The notes under the pieces: generated by a model
Database searches by the model: none
Seen by the model: the letters and a program-made list of their open reading frames with translations, nothing else
What the model was told of the DNA's origin: nothing
Position numbers and translations under genes: made by a program
Assembly (NCBI GenBank): GCA_019752595.1
Contig: JAIELV010000001.1
Span: 248,486-312,485 of the forward strand
From: Patescibacteria group bacterium
GTDB lineage: Bacteria; Patescibacteriota; Minisyncoccia; Phycocordibacterales; Phycocordibacteraceae
Direction: 5' to 3'
Length of the DNA: 64,000 nt
Shown: positions 28,372 through 38,319 of the stretch, in pieces
Layout: every line of letters starts with the position of its first letter
Position numbering within the stretch: the stretch's first letter is position 1

Positions 28372-28632
28372 CTATTGACCTAACTCATTAAGAAGACTTG
28401 CTCTGTCTTGCGACGTAAGTCCATCTGAATCAGGATTATCGGGGAGCGTATCGAGAATGGCCTGCGCCTCCTGCGGTTCTATTACCTTCTCTTCCAAACT
28501 TTTCGTATACAAACCCTGGTATCCGATAAAACACAAAAGCACGATAACCACGAAGAACAGAAAAGCGAGGAAGGCTTTTTGCGAATCAGGAGAATACTGG
28601 GATAAGTTCATACGTACATGATACCCCCGCAC
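28372..28632 (-). CDS. hypothetical small single-pass membrane protein
   Basis: Hydrophobic helix FLAFLFFVVIVLLCFIGY followed by an acidic tail. It is the first ORF of the secreted-protein cluster. Confidence 0.35.
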   Translation of the reverse strand: MRGYHVRMNLSQYSPDSQKAFLAFLFFVVIVLLCFIGYQGLYTKSLEEKVIEPQEAQAILDTLPDNPDSDGLTSQDRASLLNELGQ

Positions 28633-28699
28633 ACTATCTGCGCGAAAAGGCGTGTGGAAAAGAAACAGACATAATGTTGAGTAGGAAAAATTTCAAGGA

Positions 28700-31312
28700 C
28701 TACAACATCTTCTTCAAATACTGCCCTGTATAGGACCCTTTTGTTCGCGCTACTTCCTCAGGGGTTCCTGTGGCAACAACATTGCCGCCGTGTACACCAC
28801 CATCAGGTCCGACATCTATCACGTAATCTGCGCATTTAATTAAATCCATGTTGTGTTCAATCACCACAACCGTATTACCTTTGTCGACTAAGGTCTGAAG
28901 AATTTCTATTAATTTTTTCACGTCTTCGTAATGCAGACCGATGGTGGGCTCATCCAAAAGATATATTGTTTTTTCTGTGTGTCTTCTATAGAGTTCTGAT
29001 GATATCTTCACGCGTTGTGCTTCTCCGCCTGAGAGTGTCGTTGCAGACTGCCCCAGTTCCAAATACCCCAGCCCCACATCCATCAGTGATTGAAGGCGGT
29101 CCGAAATTGCAGGAATATCTTTAAAGAAATCTAACGATTCCTCCACGGTCATCCGCAGTACATCGTGTATAGTCTTTTTTTTGTAGGTGACCTCGAGCGT
29201 TTCTTTCATAAAGCGCATTCCGTTACAGACATCGCACGTGACATACACAGTCGGCAAAAAGTGCATTTCAACTGCCACCGTGCCATTACCCTGGCATGCT
29301 TCACAACGTCCGCCTTTAACGTTGAAGGAGAAACGCCCGCCTTTCCATCCCCGTGCGCGCGCTTCGGGTGTCGCCGCAAACAAATCACGGATGTGTCCAA
29401 AAGCTCCTGTATAGGTAGCAGGATTCGAGCGCGGTGTTCTGCCGATTGGTGATTGATCTATCAACACAACGCGAGAGAGATACTCGGAACCAGAAAAGCT
29501 GGCACAGTTATAAATCTTCGTTGTGCGGTAATTTCTTTCAAGACGCGCACGCAAATTTTTGTGTAAAATTTCGTACATAAACGAAGATTTTCCCGAACCT
29601 GAAACGCCCGTGATGATATTCAATCTCCCCAAAGGCACATCAACATCCATATTTTTAATATTGAAAATGTTTCCCTGACGGACCTTGAGCGCGCCTTTTT
29701 GCTCTTCGCGACGCGATTTTGGAATTTCGATTTTTTTCTCGCCTCGTAAATACGAAAGTGTTACAGAATTTGTGTCATTTTTCTTTGCGGTCAGCAGATT
29801 CTCCAACCATCCTGCTGCAATAATGTTTCCGCCATGTACACCCGCGCCAGGACCGATATCAACTATGAAGTCAGAAGCATATATAGTGTCTTCGTCATGC
29901 TCGACCACAATGATGGTATTTCCCAAATCACGAAGACGTAAGAGCGTTTGAATTAAACGGTCGTTGTCTTTTTGGTGAAGGCCGATAGTAGGCTCATCAA
30001 GGACGTACAACGCTCCCACCAAACCACTTCCCAGCTGCGACGCAAGCCTGATTCGTTGTGCTTCTCCTCCTGAAAGGGTGTTTGCAGTTCTGTCTAACGT
30101 CAGATACCCAATCCCTACGTTAATCATGAATTGCAGCCGAGCCAAGATTTCTTTGACAACAACCTTTGAAATCTCTTCCTGTTTTTTGCTCAAACTAAGG
30201 CTTTCAATAAAATCTTTTGCATCGATAATCGAAAGTCTTGTTAAATCCACAACGTTTTTGCCAAGCTTCTTTTCAGTTGAACCAAGGTACACGCGGAGCG
30301 CTTCGGGACGTAAGCGCATTCCCTTACACACGGGGCATTCATCGAGATTGAAAAAGCCTACGGTCCCCAACCCATGGCACTCGGGACACGCGCCGTAGGG
30401 GCTGTTGAACGAAAAGAGGCGTGGTTCAACCTCAGGAAATGATGAGCCGTCGACGGGGCATATAAATTTTGCCGAAAGAATGCGCGGTTCGCCTTTCGGA
30501 TTTACAATTTTTACCAACCCATTTGATTCCTTGAGTGCGAGCTCCACCGCTTCCGATAAACGCTCTTTTGCATCCGTTTTTGATTTTTCGAGTTCAGAAA
30601 CAAAAATTTCGTCTACGACAATATCAATATCGTGCACTTTGGTTTTCTCAAGATTGATGCGCTCCCTGAGTGAATGTTCTTTTACGTCGACAATTACTTT
30701 TTCAAACCCTTTACCCAATAGGTCATACAACATCTGGTAGTACTCACCTTTTCTCCCGAGAACAACGGGCGCCAAAATGCGTATCTTCAAATCATTGTAG
30801 GCGACACCCATAACACTCTTTGCGGTCTGTTTGATGTCGACCTCCTCTATCGTACGCAAAATAATTTTTAGAATTTCTTCTTTAGAAAGTTTTTGAATCG
30901 GTACGTCGTGATTCAAGCAGTAGGGCTGACCTACGCGCGCATACAAAATACGCATGTAGTCATAAATCTCAGTGATGGTGGCGACCGTCGAACGCGGGTT
31001 ATTGGAACGTGATTTCTGGTCGATAGAAATTGCAGGCGACAAACCAGTGATTTCCTCAACATCTGGCTTCGACATCTGATTTAAAAACTGCCGCGCATAC
31101 GCGGAGAGAGATTCAACATAGCGACGCTGACCTTCGGCAAAAATGGTATCAAACGCCAATGATGATTTCCCTGAGCCTGAAAGGCCCGTAAATACCACCA
31201 TCTTGTTTCTCGGCATTTCTACCGTAACGTTCTTGAGGTTGTGTGTTTTTGCTCCTTTAACAACAATTTTTCCTGCGTCAAAGTTTTGTTCGTCTTTTTT
31301 TACCATATGCAA
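28700..31312 (-). CDS. uvrA: excinuclease ABC subunit A
   Basis: Two ABC ATPase modules ([15 protein letters not shown] and [15 protein letters not shown]), Zn-finger cysteines, and LSGGEAQR signatures. Confidence 0.95.
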   Translation of the reverse strand: MHMVKKDEQNFDAGKIVVKGAKTHNLKNVTVEMPRNKMVVFTGLSGSGKSSLAFDTIFAEGQRRYVESLSAYARQFLNQMSKPDVEEITGLSPAISIDQKSRSNNPRSTVATITEIYDYMRILYARVGQPYCLNHDVPIQKLSKEEILKIILRTIEEVDIKQTAKSVMGVAYNDLKIRILAPVVLGRKGEYYQMLYDLLGKGFEKVIVDVKEHSLRERINLEKTKVHDIDIVVDEIFVSELEKSKTDAKERLSEAVELALKESNGLVKIVNPKGEPRILSAKFICPVDGSSFPEVEPRLFSFNSPYGACPECHGLGTVGFFNLDECPVCKGMRLRPEALRVYLGSTEKKLGKNVVDLTRLSIIDAKDFIESLSLSKKQEEISKVVVKEILARLQFMINVGIGYLTLDRTANTLSGGEAQRIRLASQLGSGLVGALYVLDEPTIGLHQKDNDRLIQTLLRLRDLGNTIIVVEHDEDTIYASDFIVDIGPGAGVHGGNIIAAGWLENLLTAKKNDTNSVTLSYLRGEKKIEIPKSRREEQKGALKVRQGNIFNIKNMDVDVPLGRLNIITGVSGSGKSSFMYEILHKNLRARLERNYRTTKIYNCASFSGSEYLSRVVLIDQSPIGRTPRSNPATYTGAFGHIRDLFAATPEARARGWKGGRFSFNVKGGRCEACQGNGTVAVEMHFLPTVYVTCDVCNGMRFMKETLEVTYKKKTIHDVLRMTVEESLDFFKDIPAISDRLQSLMDVGLGYLELGQSATTLSGGEAQRVKISSELYRRHTEKTIYLLDEPTIGLHYEDVKKLIEILQTLVDKGNTVVVIEHNMDLIKCADYVIDVGPDGGVHGGNVVATGTPEEVARTKGSYTGQYLKKML

Positions 31313-31366
31313 GTTACCGCCTTGTCGGCGGTGTGCTTATACTATCACTCTTCATCCAACTCCCCC

Positions 31367-31391
31367 AAGTGCTATACTTAGTATAGCACTT
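31367..31391. repeat. 25-bp palindrome AAGTGCTATACTTAGTATAGCACTT, immediately after the uvrB stop and about 55 bp upstream of the uvrA start (copy 1 of 2)
   Basis: Arms of 12 nt around a single-base centre. A second copy with a complementary centre base lies at 35080-35104. Confidence 0.85.
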
Positions 31392-33457
31392 TAGTCGTCG
31401 AGGTAGATTCGGCCAGGCTTTCTCGGTTTCTTAGGCGGAGCAGGTAATTTCTCTTCAAGTTTATGTATTTCGTCTCTGATAAGAGCCGCCGTTTCGAAAT
31501 CTAATATAGAAACAGCCTCTTCCATCGCGTCACGCCGTTCTGCAATCAATTTTTTCAGCTCCTTGGGGTCCTTCGCACGCTCTACGTCTACCGCCATCAA
31601 AAGCCCCACGGCCCTCTCGCGCTCAGCCTGCAAGGACTCCGTTATATCTTTAATGTTTTTCTTAATCGTCATCGGCGTAATATTGTGCTCTTTGTTGTAC
31701 GCAAGCTGAATTCCTCTGCGACGGTTTGTTTCTGAAATTGCTTTTTCCATTGAGCCCGTCATTTCATCTGCGTACAGAATCACACGACCGTTTATATTTC
31801 GTGCAGCTCTGCCGATAGTCTGAATTAACGCTGTTTCTGAACGCAAAAATCCTTCCTTGTCCGCGTCCAATATTCCCACTAATTCAACTTCGGGAAGGTC
31901 TAGTCCTTCGCGAAGAAGGTTCACGCCCACAATGCAATCAAAATCTCCTTTTCTAAATTGCGTCAGAATCGTAATGCGGTCTATGGTTTTCACATCTGAG
32001 TGCAGGTATTCGGCTTTTACTTTTTTTGCTTTCAAAAATTCCGCTAAATCTTCCGCCATTTTCTTAGTGAGTGTCGTGACCAGGACACGCCCACCATTTT
32101 TTACCGTTTTCTCTGTCTCTTCTATAAAATCTTTCACCTGCCCTGCATAACTCGCGGTCCCCGTGACAGGCTTCACAACGATTTCTGGATCAATGAGGCC
32201 CGTGGGACGAATAACTTGCTCCACGATTTTTGAAGAGCGCTCTAATTCAAATTTCGCTGGTGTTGCGGTTGTATAAATAGTCGAACCCAGTCGCTCTTCA
32301 ATTTCATCAAACTTTAACGGACGATTATCAGCTGCAGACGGAAGGCGAAACCCGTAGTCAATCAGCGTTTTTTTTCGTGACTGATCCCCCGCATACATAC
32401 CGCCAAGCTGAGGTACTGTCACGTGCGACTCATCAATTACTGTGAGGAAATCAGGCTTACCATCTTTCGTGTGCGGAAAATAAGAAAGGAGTGTGTATGC
32501 AGGCTCTCCTGGATGTCTGCCGTCAAAATGCATTGAATAGTTTTCAATGCCATTGCAGTAGCCAATTTCGCGAATGAGTGCAATGTCGTAACGCGTCCTT
32601 CTTTTCAAGCGTTCCGCCTCCAAAAGTTTTCCTTCATCATTCAATTCTTTGAGACGTTTTTCCAATTCCGCTTCAATATCTTTGAGCGCTCGCTCACGCT
32701 CAGATTCAGGTGTGACGTAGTGCTTCGCAGGGAACAAAAAGAATTCACTTGGCTCATCAATAAGCGCTCGCGAGACAGCATTCAAACGGGAAATGTGTGC
32801 AATTTTTCCATTTTCAGGATACACACGATACACCACTGTTTCATTCACAGGCATCACTTCAACAGCGGGTCCTACTGCGCGAAATTCGCCAGGCTTTAAA
32901 TCTGCGTTTGTGCGTTCAAACTGTAATCCGACCATGAAACGTACAAATTCTGAGCGTTCAAATGGATCCCCGACTGCAATTTTTCTGTGTATTTTTTTAT
33001 ATTCGTCAGGAGAGCCTAATCCGTAAATCGCAGATACGGAGGCAACAATGATGACGTCGTTTCTCGTTAAAAGCGCTTGCGTGGTGGCGTGGCGCAAGCG
33101 ATCAATTTCTGCATTAATCTGCGCTTCTTTCTCTATATACGTATCAGAGTGCGCAACGTATGCCTCTGGCTGGTAGTAGTCGTAATACGATACGAAATAG
33201 TGAACCGCGTTTTCAGGAAAAAATTCGCGATACTCCTGTGTTAATTGCGCGGCTAGTGTTTTGTTGTGAGCAATAACCAGGGTAGGCTTCTGTGTCTGCT
33301 GTATGACGTTTGCAATTGTAAATGTTTTCCCTGAGCCAGTGACACCAAGAAGTGTTTGATGGCGCTCGCCTTTTTTCACACCAGTGACCAATGCCTCAAT
33401 CGCTTTCGGCTGATCTCCTGCAGGCTGATATTCAGAATGAAGTTTGAAGCCACTCAC
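31391..33457 (-). CDS. uvrB: excinuclease ABC subunit B
   Basis: Helicase motifs GVTGSGKT and DESH, a UvrB-specific beta-hairpin region, and a C-terminal UVR domain. Confidence 0.95.
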   Translation of the reverse strand: MSGFKLHSEYQPAGDQPKAIEALVTGVKKGERHQTLLGVTGSGKTFTIANVIQQTQKPTLVIAHNKTLAAQLTQEYREFFPENAVHYFVSYYDYYQPEAYVAHSDTYIEKEAQINAEIDRLRHATTQALLTRNDVIIVASVSAIYGLGSPDEYKKIHRKIAVGDPFERSEFVRFMVGLQFERTNADLKPGEFRAVGPAVEVMPVNETVVYRVYPENGKIAHISRLNAVSRALIDEPSEFFLFPAKHYVTPESERERALKDIEAELEKRLKELNDEGKLLEAERLKRRTRYDIALIREIGYCNGIENYSMHFDGRHPGEPAYTLLSYFPHTKDGKPDFLTVIDESHVTVPQLGGMYAGDQSRKKTLIDYGFRLPSAADNRPLKFDEIEERLGSTIYTTATPAKFELERSSKIVEQVIRPTGLIDPEIVVKPVTGTASYAGQVKDFIEETEKTVKNGGRVLVTTLTKKMAEDLAEFLKAKKVKAEYLHSDVKTIDRITILTQFRKGDFDCIVGVNLLREGLDLPEVELVGILDADKEGFLRSETALIQTIGRAARNINGRVILYADEMTGSMEKAISETNRRRGIQLAYNKEHNITPMTIKKNIKDITESLQAERERAVGLLMAVDVERAKDPKELKKLIAERRDAMEEAVSILDFETAALIRDEIHKLEEKLPAPPKKPRKPGRIYLDD

Positions 33458-33478
33458 AGTCGGGCAGTATACCGCGCA

Positions 33479-33994
33479 CTACCCGTTTTTTGAACGAATC
33501 TTTTGAATCAATTCCGTAGTCGAGAAAATCTTTTTTGGAACCCAGTGTCCGTAGGCACCTACGTCGTTCATTGCTTCATACTCGGGCCAAGATTCTGGCG
33601 GACCATAGTCAGGTCCACCCACGTGCACATTCGGCTTTACCGCGCGCACCAGTGCACTTGCCACCCCTCCATGATACGGCGCATGAATCACCACAACGTA
33701 ATCAACGCATATCATTGCAGCCAAAAGAGCCGCACGCATGCCTTCGGGTAAATACGGCCTTTCGTCCCCCTTTCCTTCTTTGACAGTCGCGTCGGCGTTT
33801 ATTCCAACAAACAACACATCACCCTGCTTCTTTGCTTCTTCGAGAAGATCCAAGTGCCCGCTGTGAATGATGTCAAAGGTGCCGTATGCCGTCACTACTT
33901 TTTTACCTTGTTTTTTCAATTCCTCGGCGCGCGCAGAAGCTTCTTCAAGAGTCAAAATTTTTTCAATGCGCCAGTTTGCTGTTTCTACATCCAT
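33479..33994 (-). CDS. cytidylyltransferase-like nucleotidyltransferase (RfaE domain II / heptose-1-P adenylyltransferase-like)
   Basis: HxGH motif TAYGTFDIIHSGHLDLLEEAKK. Its size fits the RfaE-II/TagD family. Confidence 0.65.
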   Translation of the reverse strand: MDVETANWRIEKILTLEEASARAEELKKQGKKVVTAYGTFDIIHSGHLDLLEEAKKQGDVLFVGINADATVKEGKGDERPYLPEGMRAALLAAMICVDYVVVIHAPYHGGVASALVRAVKPNVHVGGPDYGPPESWPEYEAMNDVGAYGHWVPKKIFSTTELIQKIRSKNG

Positions 33995-34011
33995 GTACTG
34001 AATTGTATACG

Positions 34012-34038
34012 AAAAAACCCACCTAAAGGTGGGTTTTT
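34012..34038 (-). terminator. Bidirectional Rho-independent terminator (AAAAACCCACC-TAAA-GGTGGGTTTTT)
   Basis: Perfect 11-bp stem flanked by A and T runs, downstream of the minus-strand ORF 34056..34313. Confidence 0.65.
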
Positions 34039-34055
34039 AAATTCTTTAATTTCCA

Positions 34056-34313
34056 TTAATCGGCTCTTGCAAGACGCGGGGCCGTGTCCGCTCGGACGTA
34101 TTCTTCACATGTTGCACGATCTTGTTCATTTCTCATCCACGCACACGAATCAGTAACTCTTTGTTCAAAACGAGCCTGCGCCAAAGCTTCGCGTTCAGCC
34201 ACAGCTCTCGTACCAGCAACACCACCTGCAGCAACTGCAAGCCCAGTTACAACAAAAGCCAAAATTCCTCTTGCTGATATCCGTTTTCTTTCCATATATG
34301 TGCATAGTAGCAC
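34056..34313 (-). CDS. hypothetical small membrane protein
   Basis: One TM helix (ILAFVVTGLAVAAGGVAG) and its own terminator. Confidence 0.35.
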   Translation of the reverse strand: MLLCTYMERKRISARGILAFVVTGLAVAAGGVAGTRAVAEREALAQARFEQRVTDSCAWMRNEQDRATCEEYVRADTAPRLARAD

Positions 34314-34340
34314 ATTACATGCTATTTGTCAAATACAGCA

Positions 34341-35051
34341 TTACGCGAGTACGCTTTGCAAAAATTGCACCGTTCCCGCAGGATTTTCAATCGCCTGAAT
34401 GTCGATAACGCCAATTACTGTTTCGTCATTTCCTCCTGGGTACAATGCGTCCCCTACGTATATGCACTCTTCTTTTTTCCACCCGCGCTCTGCGATAAGT
34501 TTTGCAACGTTTCTTCCTTTATGAAATCCTTTCTTGATATAGTCAAAACAGGTCGTGCCACCAATCACTACCTGCATGCTGTCTGAAACAAACGGATATT
34601 TTGCCAAGAGTTCTTGGCGAATCTTGCCACCTGGATCAAACGCGGACTTCATTGCTTTGTCCGCATGATGTCCCAAAAGGCTATACGAAATTTGTGAATT
34701 GCGATCCTCAACTAAATCGTTTTCATCAGGCACTTCCCATGTTCTGGGTATTGAACGGATATGTGCAAAAACTTCTTCTTTTTCAGAATCGGTTAAATAC
34801 TCACGCCATAAATCTTGCTTCTGTTTTTCGTCGTATGCATGGTTACCATTTTGCCCAAGATACACAAACGGCATCCCACCTGTTTGATAGAGCGCTTGCT
34901 TTACTTCCGCACCTGAAACAATAATTACATCGCGGCCAGACTCCAAAATCTTTTTCATACTTTCCACCATCGGTACTTCAATTAATGAACGGGAAGGTGT
35001 GACCGTGCCGTCGAGGTCAAAAAACAAATGCCGATACTGCGAGGGCTGCAT
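34341..35051 (-). CDS. eukaryotic-type phosphomannomutase (HAD-IIB, PMM family)
   Basis: FFDLDGTVTPSR (HAD motif I) and C-terminal YVGDALYPGGNDETV. These align to eukaryotic PMM2 (FFGDKTMPGGNDHEIF). Confidence 0.7.
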   Translation of the reverse strand: MQPSQYRHLFFDLDGTVTPSRSLIEVPMVESMKKILESGRDVIIVSGAEVKQALYQTGGMPFVYLGQNGNHAYDEKQKQDLWREYLTDSEKEEVFAHIRSIPRTWEVPDENDLVEDRNSQISYSLLGHHADKAMKSAFDPGGKIRQELLAKYPFVSDSMQVVIGGTTCFDYIKKGFHKGRNVAKLIAERGWKKEECIYVGDALYPGGNDETVIGVIDIQAIENPAGTVQFLQSVLA

Positions 35052-35079
35052 ACGGGTACTATATCAAACGATTTCCAAA

Positions 35080-35104
35080 AAGTGCTATACTAAGTATAGC
35101 ACTT
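35080..35104. repeat. 25-bp palindrome AAGTGCTATACTAAGTATAGCACTT, immediately after the rarA stop and 28 bp upstream of the PMM start (copy 2 of 2)
   Basis: Same arms as 31367-31391. Both copies are followed by TAG. Confidence 0.85.
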
Positions 35105-36228
35105 TAGAGGTATTTTTTATTCTTGAGTTTTTCGGGAAGATACGACTCTTCATCGTACATTTTGTAGTCTTTGCCGTATCCTTCGTCTTTCATTAGTTTT
35201 GAAGGCGCGTTTCGCACCTTCAAAGGTATTGGCAGGTTTCCATACTTTTTCACGTCTTCTTGTGCGGCGCGAAGTGCGTCATATGCAGAACGGTCTTTTT
35301 TTGACTGCGAGAGATAGGCAACGCCGTGTGCCAAATTAATCCCTGCTTCTGGCATGCCCACAGAACGCACGGCGTCAAATACAGCATTCGCGACCACAAG
35401 CGCGGTCGGCTGTGCAAGGCCGATGTCTTCGGAGGCGAATATCACCATACGCCTGGCAACAAATACTGGATCTTCTCCGCCCTCTAGCATTCTCGCGAGG
35501 TAATACATCGCGGCGTCAGCTTGCCCAGCACGCATACTTTTTATAAACGCCGAGATGGTGTCGTAGTGTTCCTCTCCCTTCTTGTCATAGCGAAGTTTAT
35601 TTTCTTGCAAGGATTCCGCCAAACTCTCTGCAGTGACCGCGCCATACAACTTCTCGGCATTTTCGATAATGGTAATTGCGGATCGTGCGTCACCGTTTGC
35701 GTATGAAACAATCCAGTCTTCCGCTGCTATTCCTAGTTTCACACCTGTGCGTTGCAGAATTGCTCGCATATCAACATCCTCAATCTGTTTCAGCGTAAAT
35801 ACTCGGCAACGCGAGAGAAGTGCAGGGATGACTTCAAAGCTTGGGTTCTCGGTTGTGGCGCCAACGAGCGTTATCTCGCCCTTCTCTACAAACGGTAACA
35901 GAAAATCTTGTTGTGCTTTGTTGAATCGGTGTATCTCATCAAGAAAGAGTACTTTTCTTCTCCCGCCTACTTCAGTTTCTGCCACAGTTTGAATATCTTT
36001 TTTACCAGAAGCAACAGCAGAGAGCTCATAAAATTCTGCATCAACGGCGTCGGCATAGATACGCGCTAACGTAGTTTTTCCAACTCCAGGCGGACCCCAC
36101 AAAATAAAAGAGAAGAGGTGCTTTGTTTCTACGGCGACGCGAAGCGGCTTCCCAACACCCACTAAGTGTTCTTGCCCAATAAATTCATCAAGGGTTTTCG
36201 GTCGAATGCGCACTGCGAGGGGCTGCAT
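35104..36228 (-). CDS. rarA: replication-associated recombination protein A (AAA+ ATPase)
   Basis: Walker A GPPGVGKTT, and N-terminus QPLAVRIRPKTLDEFIGQ typical of MgsA/RarA. Confidence 0.85.
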   Translation of the reverse strand: MQPLAVRIRPKTLDEFIGQEHLVGVGKPLRVAVETKHLFSFILWGPPGVGKTTLARIYADAVDAEFYELSAVASGKKDIQTVAETEVGGRRKVLFLDEIHRFNKAQQDFLLPFVEKGEITLVGATTENPSFEVIPALLSRCRVFTLKQIEDVDMRAILQRTGVKLGIAAEDWIVSYANGDARSAITIIENAEKLYGAVTAESLAESLQENKLRYDKKGEEHYDTISAFIKSMRAGQADAAMYYLARMLEGGEDPVFVARRMVIFASEDIGLAQPTALVVANAVFDAVRSVGMPEAGINLAHGVAYLSQSKKDRSAYDALRAAQEDVKKYGNLPIPLKVRNAPSKLMKDEGYGKDYKMYDEESYLPEKLKNKKYL

Positions 36229-36562
36229 CCTCTAATGGTACCTGGAAAGTTGGTGTTTGTTTAAGACGACGCAGAGGCACAACTTTACCCTTTCCTTCAC
36301 GAGTTGCATTTTTACGCATAATTTCATGCTCGAGTGAAACTACCCTTACTGAGCTTCTCCCATAGGAAACTTCTTCGGTACGATTTTCTGAACTGTACCG
36401 CCCTTCCAAACTTGCCGTAGGCGAGCGAAGTATTTTCACAAAATCTTTATCAAAAGAGAGGAGATACCCTATATCAACACACTGTCCTGGAGGAGCATCG
36501 CGCTCGCTTACTGCCATAACCACCTTGTAGATCAGAGTCCTTTTGGGCTCCCGCTCTGCCAT
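36188..36562 (-). CDS. hypothetical protein (overlaps the rarA start by about 40 bp; may be spurious)
   Basis: ORF only. No recognisable motifs. Confidence 0.25.
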   Translation of the reverse strand: MAEREPKRTLIYKVVMAVSERDAPPGQCVDIGYLLSFDKDFVKILRSPTASLEGRYSSENRTEEVSYGRSSVRVVSLEHEIMRKNATREGKGKVVPLRRLKQTPTFQVPLEDAAPRSAHSTENP

Positions 36563-36623
36563 ACGGACAGTATGCGCACCGAATCAAGAAACACCAAAGT
36601 CCCCTTTCTGTGGATAAGGATAT

Positions 36624-37844
36624 TTAGTGTGCCACGTATCGAGCCAAAAACTCTTCTCGAAACACATCAAACTTATCTTCTAGTATTGAATTTCGTATGT
36701 CTTTCAAAAGCTTAGTAAAAAAGTACAGGTTGTGAAGTGTTGCAATTTGCCCGCCCAGCATTTCTTTTGCGCGGAAAAGGTGGGCAAGATAGCCCTTTGT
36801 AAAGGTTTCTGACGCATACCCACCCGTCTCGGGATCCAAAGGCGAAAAATCGCGGATGTATTTTTCGTTCAGTATGTTTACCTTCCCCCGTGCAGTATAG
36901 ATAACACCCGTACGCCCTAAGCGGGTGGGAATCGTACAGTCAAAGGAATCCATACCATGAGCGACGCCTTCAAAAATATCTTCTGGCTCTCCGATACCAA
37001 GAAGGTGTCTGGGTTTTTCTGGCGGGAGCGGTAGTGTGGCAGCGGAAAGCGCGTCGCCCAAATCCGCCTTTGAAAAAGTTCCGCCAATGCCATATCCATC
37101 AAATGCTAAATCGCCTATTTCTTTTGCACTTTTGGTTCGTAAATCAGTGTATCGTCCGCCTTGTACGATTCCGAAAATCGCCTGCTTCATTCCCGCCGCC
37201 ACATTCTGCCGATGTGCGGAGAGAGAACGCTGAGCCCACTCATACGTTCTTCTCATTGCCTCAATTTGTTCGGCGCGAGGATCATCAGGTTTTCTAAATT
37301 CATCAAACGCAAAAAATATATCAGCGCCAAGCTTGTGTTGAATCTCAACTGAGCGTTCGGGTGTAAAACGAAACAGTGTGCCGTCCAAGTGCGATGTAAA
37401 AGAAACGCCGTCATCGTCTACGATTGCCAATTTTCCATGCTGTGTGGCAAGCTCGGGGTCAAAGACCGCGGGCGCGTCGGATTCAGGAAAAACGGTTGAG
37501 GCGGAAAACTTTGAAACACTTTTGCCATATCCCACACCAAGCGAGAAGACCTGGTATCCTCCTGAATCGGTAAACAACGGGCCGTCCCATCCCATAAATG
37601 AATGCAGGCCTCCTGCCTCAGCGACGACGTCTTCTCCTGGCTGTAAAAATAAATGATACGTGTTTCCGAGTGCCACTTCCGCACCTGCTAAATCTTTCAA
37701 GTCTTTTGGTAAAACGCCCTTCACCGTTGCTTTTGTGCCGACAGGCACAAACGCGGGAGTTTTGAATGTTCCGTGAGGCGTAAAGACTTCGCCCGCGCGA
37801 GGGCCTATTGCCCCCCCTTTTTCTATAGAAAACGAAAATGCCAT
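36624..37844 (-). CDS. tgt: queuine tRNA-ribosyltransferase
   Basis: FETPHGTFKTPAFVPVGTKATVKGV-type N-terminus, the (beta/alpha)8 barrel and Zn-site region are typical of Tgt. Confidence 0.9.
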   Translation of the reverse strand: MAFSFSIEKGGAIGPRAGEVFTPHGTFKTPAFVPVGTKATVKGVLPKDLKDLAGAEVALGNTYHLFLQPGEDVVAEAGGLHSFMGWDGPLFTDSGGYQVFSLGVGYGKSVSKFSASTVFPESDAPAVFDPELATQHGKLAIVDDDGVSFTSHLDGTLFRFTPERSVEIQHKLGADIFFAFDEFRKPDDPRAEQIEAMRRTYEWAQRSLSAHRQNVAAGMKQAIFGIVQGGRYTDLRTKSAKEIGDLAFDGYGIGGTFSKADLGDALSAATLPLPPEKPRHLLGIGEPEDIFEGVAHGMDSFDCTIPTRLGRTGVIYTARGKVNILNEKYIRDFSPLDPETGGYASETFTKGYLAHLFRAKEMLGGQIATLHNLYFFTKLLKDIRNSILEDKFDVFREEFLARYVAH

Positions 37845-37883
37845 TCCAGCTACTGTAGCATTCAGACCCGAGCCATGAAATGA

Positions 37884-38078
37884 CTACTCTCCTCTCTCTA
37901 CATCTCGTGTTTCTGTGTGCGGTGCACGTGACATCATGTGTGCATTTTCGAATAGATTCAGCGCGGTTCTTCCACTCCAAAAATCAAACCAGCGTTGCCA
38001 TTCCCGAAAATAACTTTTCATTAACGTCTGTTGTACGTACTCCCAATCAGGTGGGCGATTAAAATCTTCTACACTCAT
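37884..38078 (-). CDS. hypothetical Trp-rich small protein (64 aa)
   Basis: 4-bp ATGA overlap with the upstream 79-aa ORF, which suggests translational coupling. No family recognised. Confidence 0.35.
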   Translation of the reverse strand: MSVEDFNRPPDWEYVQQTLMKSYFREWQRWFDFWSGRTALNLFENAHMMSRAPHTETRDVERGE

Positions 38079-38314
38079 GAGGACTGACGCCGAGGGCGCT
38101 CATAGTACGAGGCGAATTCAGAAATTGGCACTACGACTCCTTTTTCTTCTTTTGAAGGCGACGCCACACCCCACAGTGACGCATACACTTTCATCAACTC
38201 GAGATTAAATCGAATATGAAAAAAGGCCGCTGAAGCGACCTTTTTCCCAAATTCATGACTATCAATTCGAGATTGAAGAGAGAAATCAGCGACCCGATAA
38301 CTCTCTGTACTCAT
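38075..38314 (-). CDS. hypothetical small protein (79 aa)
   Basis: Sits 5 bp after the FKBP gene and overlaps the next ORF by 4 bp. Confidence 0.35.
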   Translation of the reverse strand: MSTESYRVADFSLQSRIDSHEFGKKVASAAFFHIRFNLELMKVYASLWGVASPSKEEKGVVVPISEFASYYERPRRQSS

Positions 38315-38319
38315 GCTTT

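Noticed and set aside
36188-36562. Possible ribosomal-protein-like small gene upstream of rarA
   Set aside because: I found no convincing family match. I kept it only as a low-confidence hypothetical because of the 40-bp overlap with the well-supported rarA start.
37618-37980. 120-aa minus-strand ORF that overlaps the 5' end of tgt
   Set aside because: It overlaps a high-confidence gene in another frame. It is Arg/Cys-rich, low-complexity junk of the kind produced by antisense GC-rich codons.
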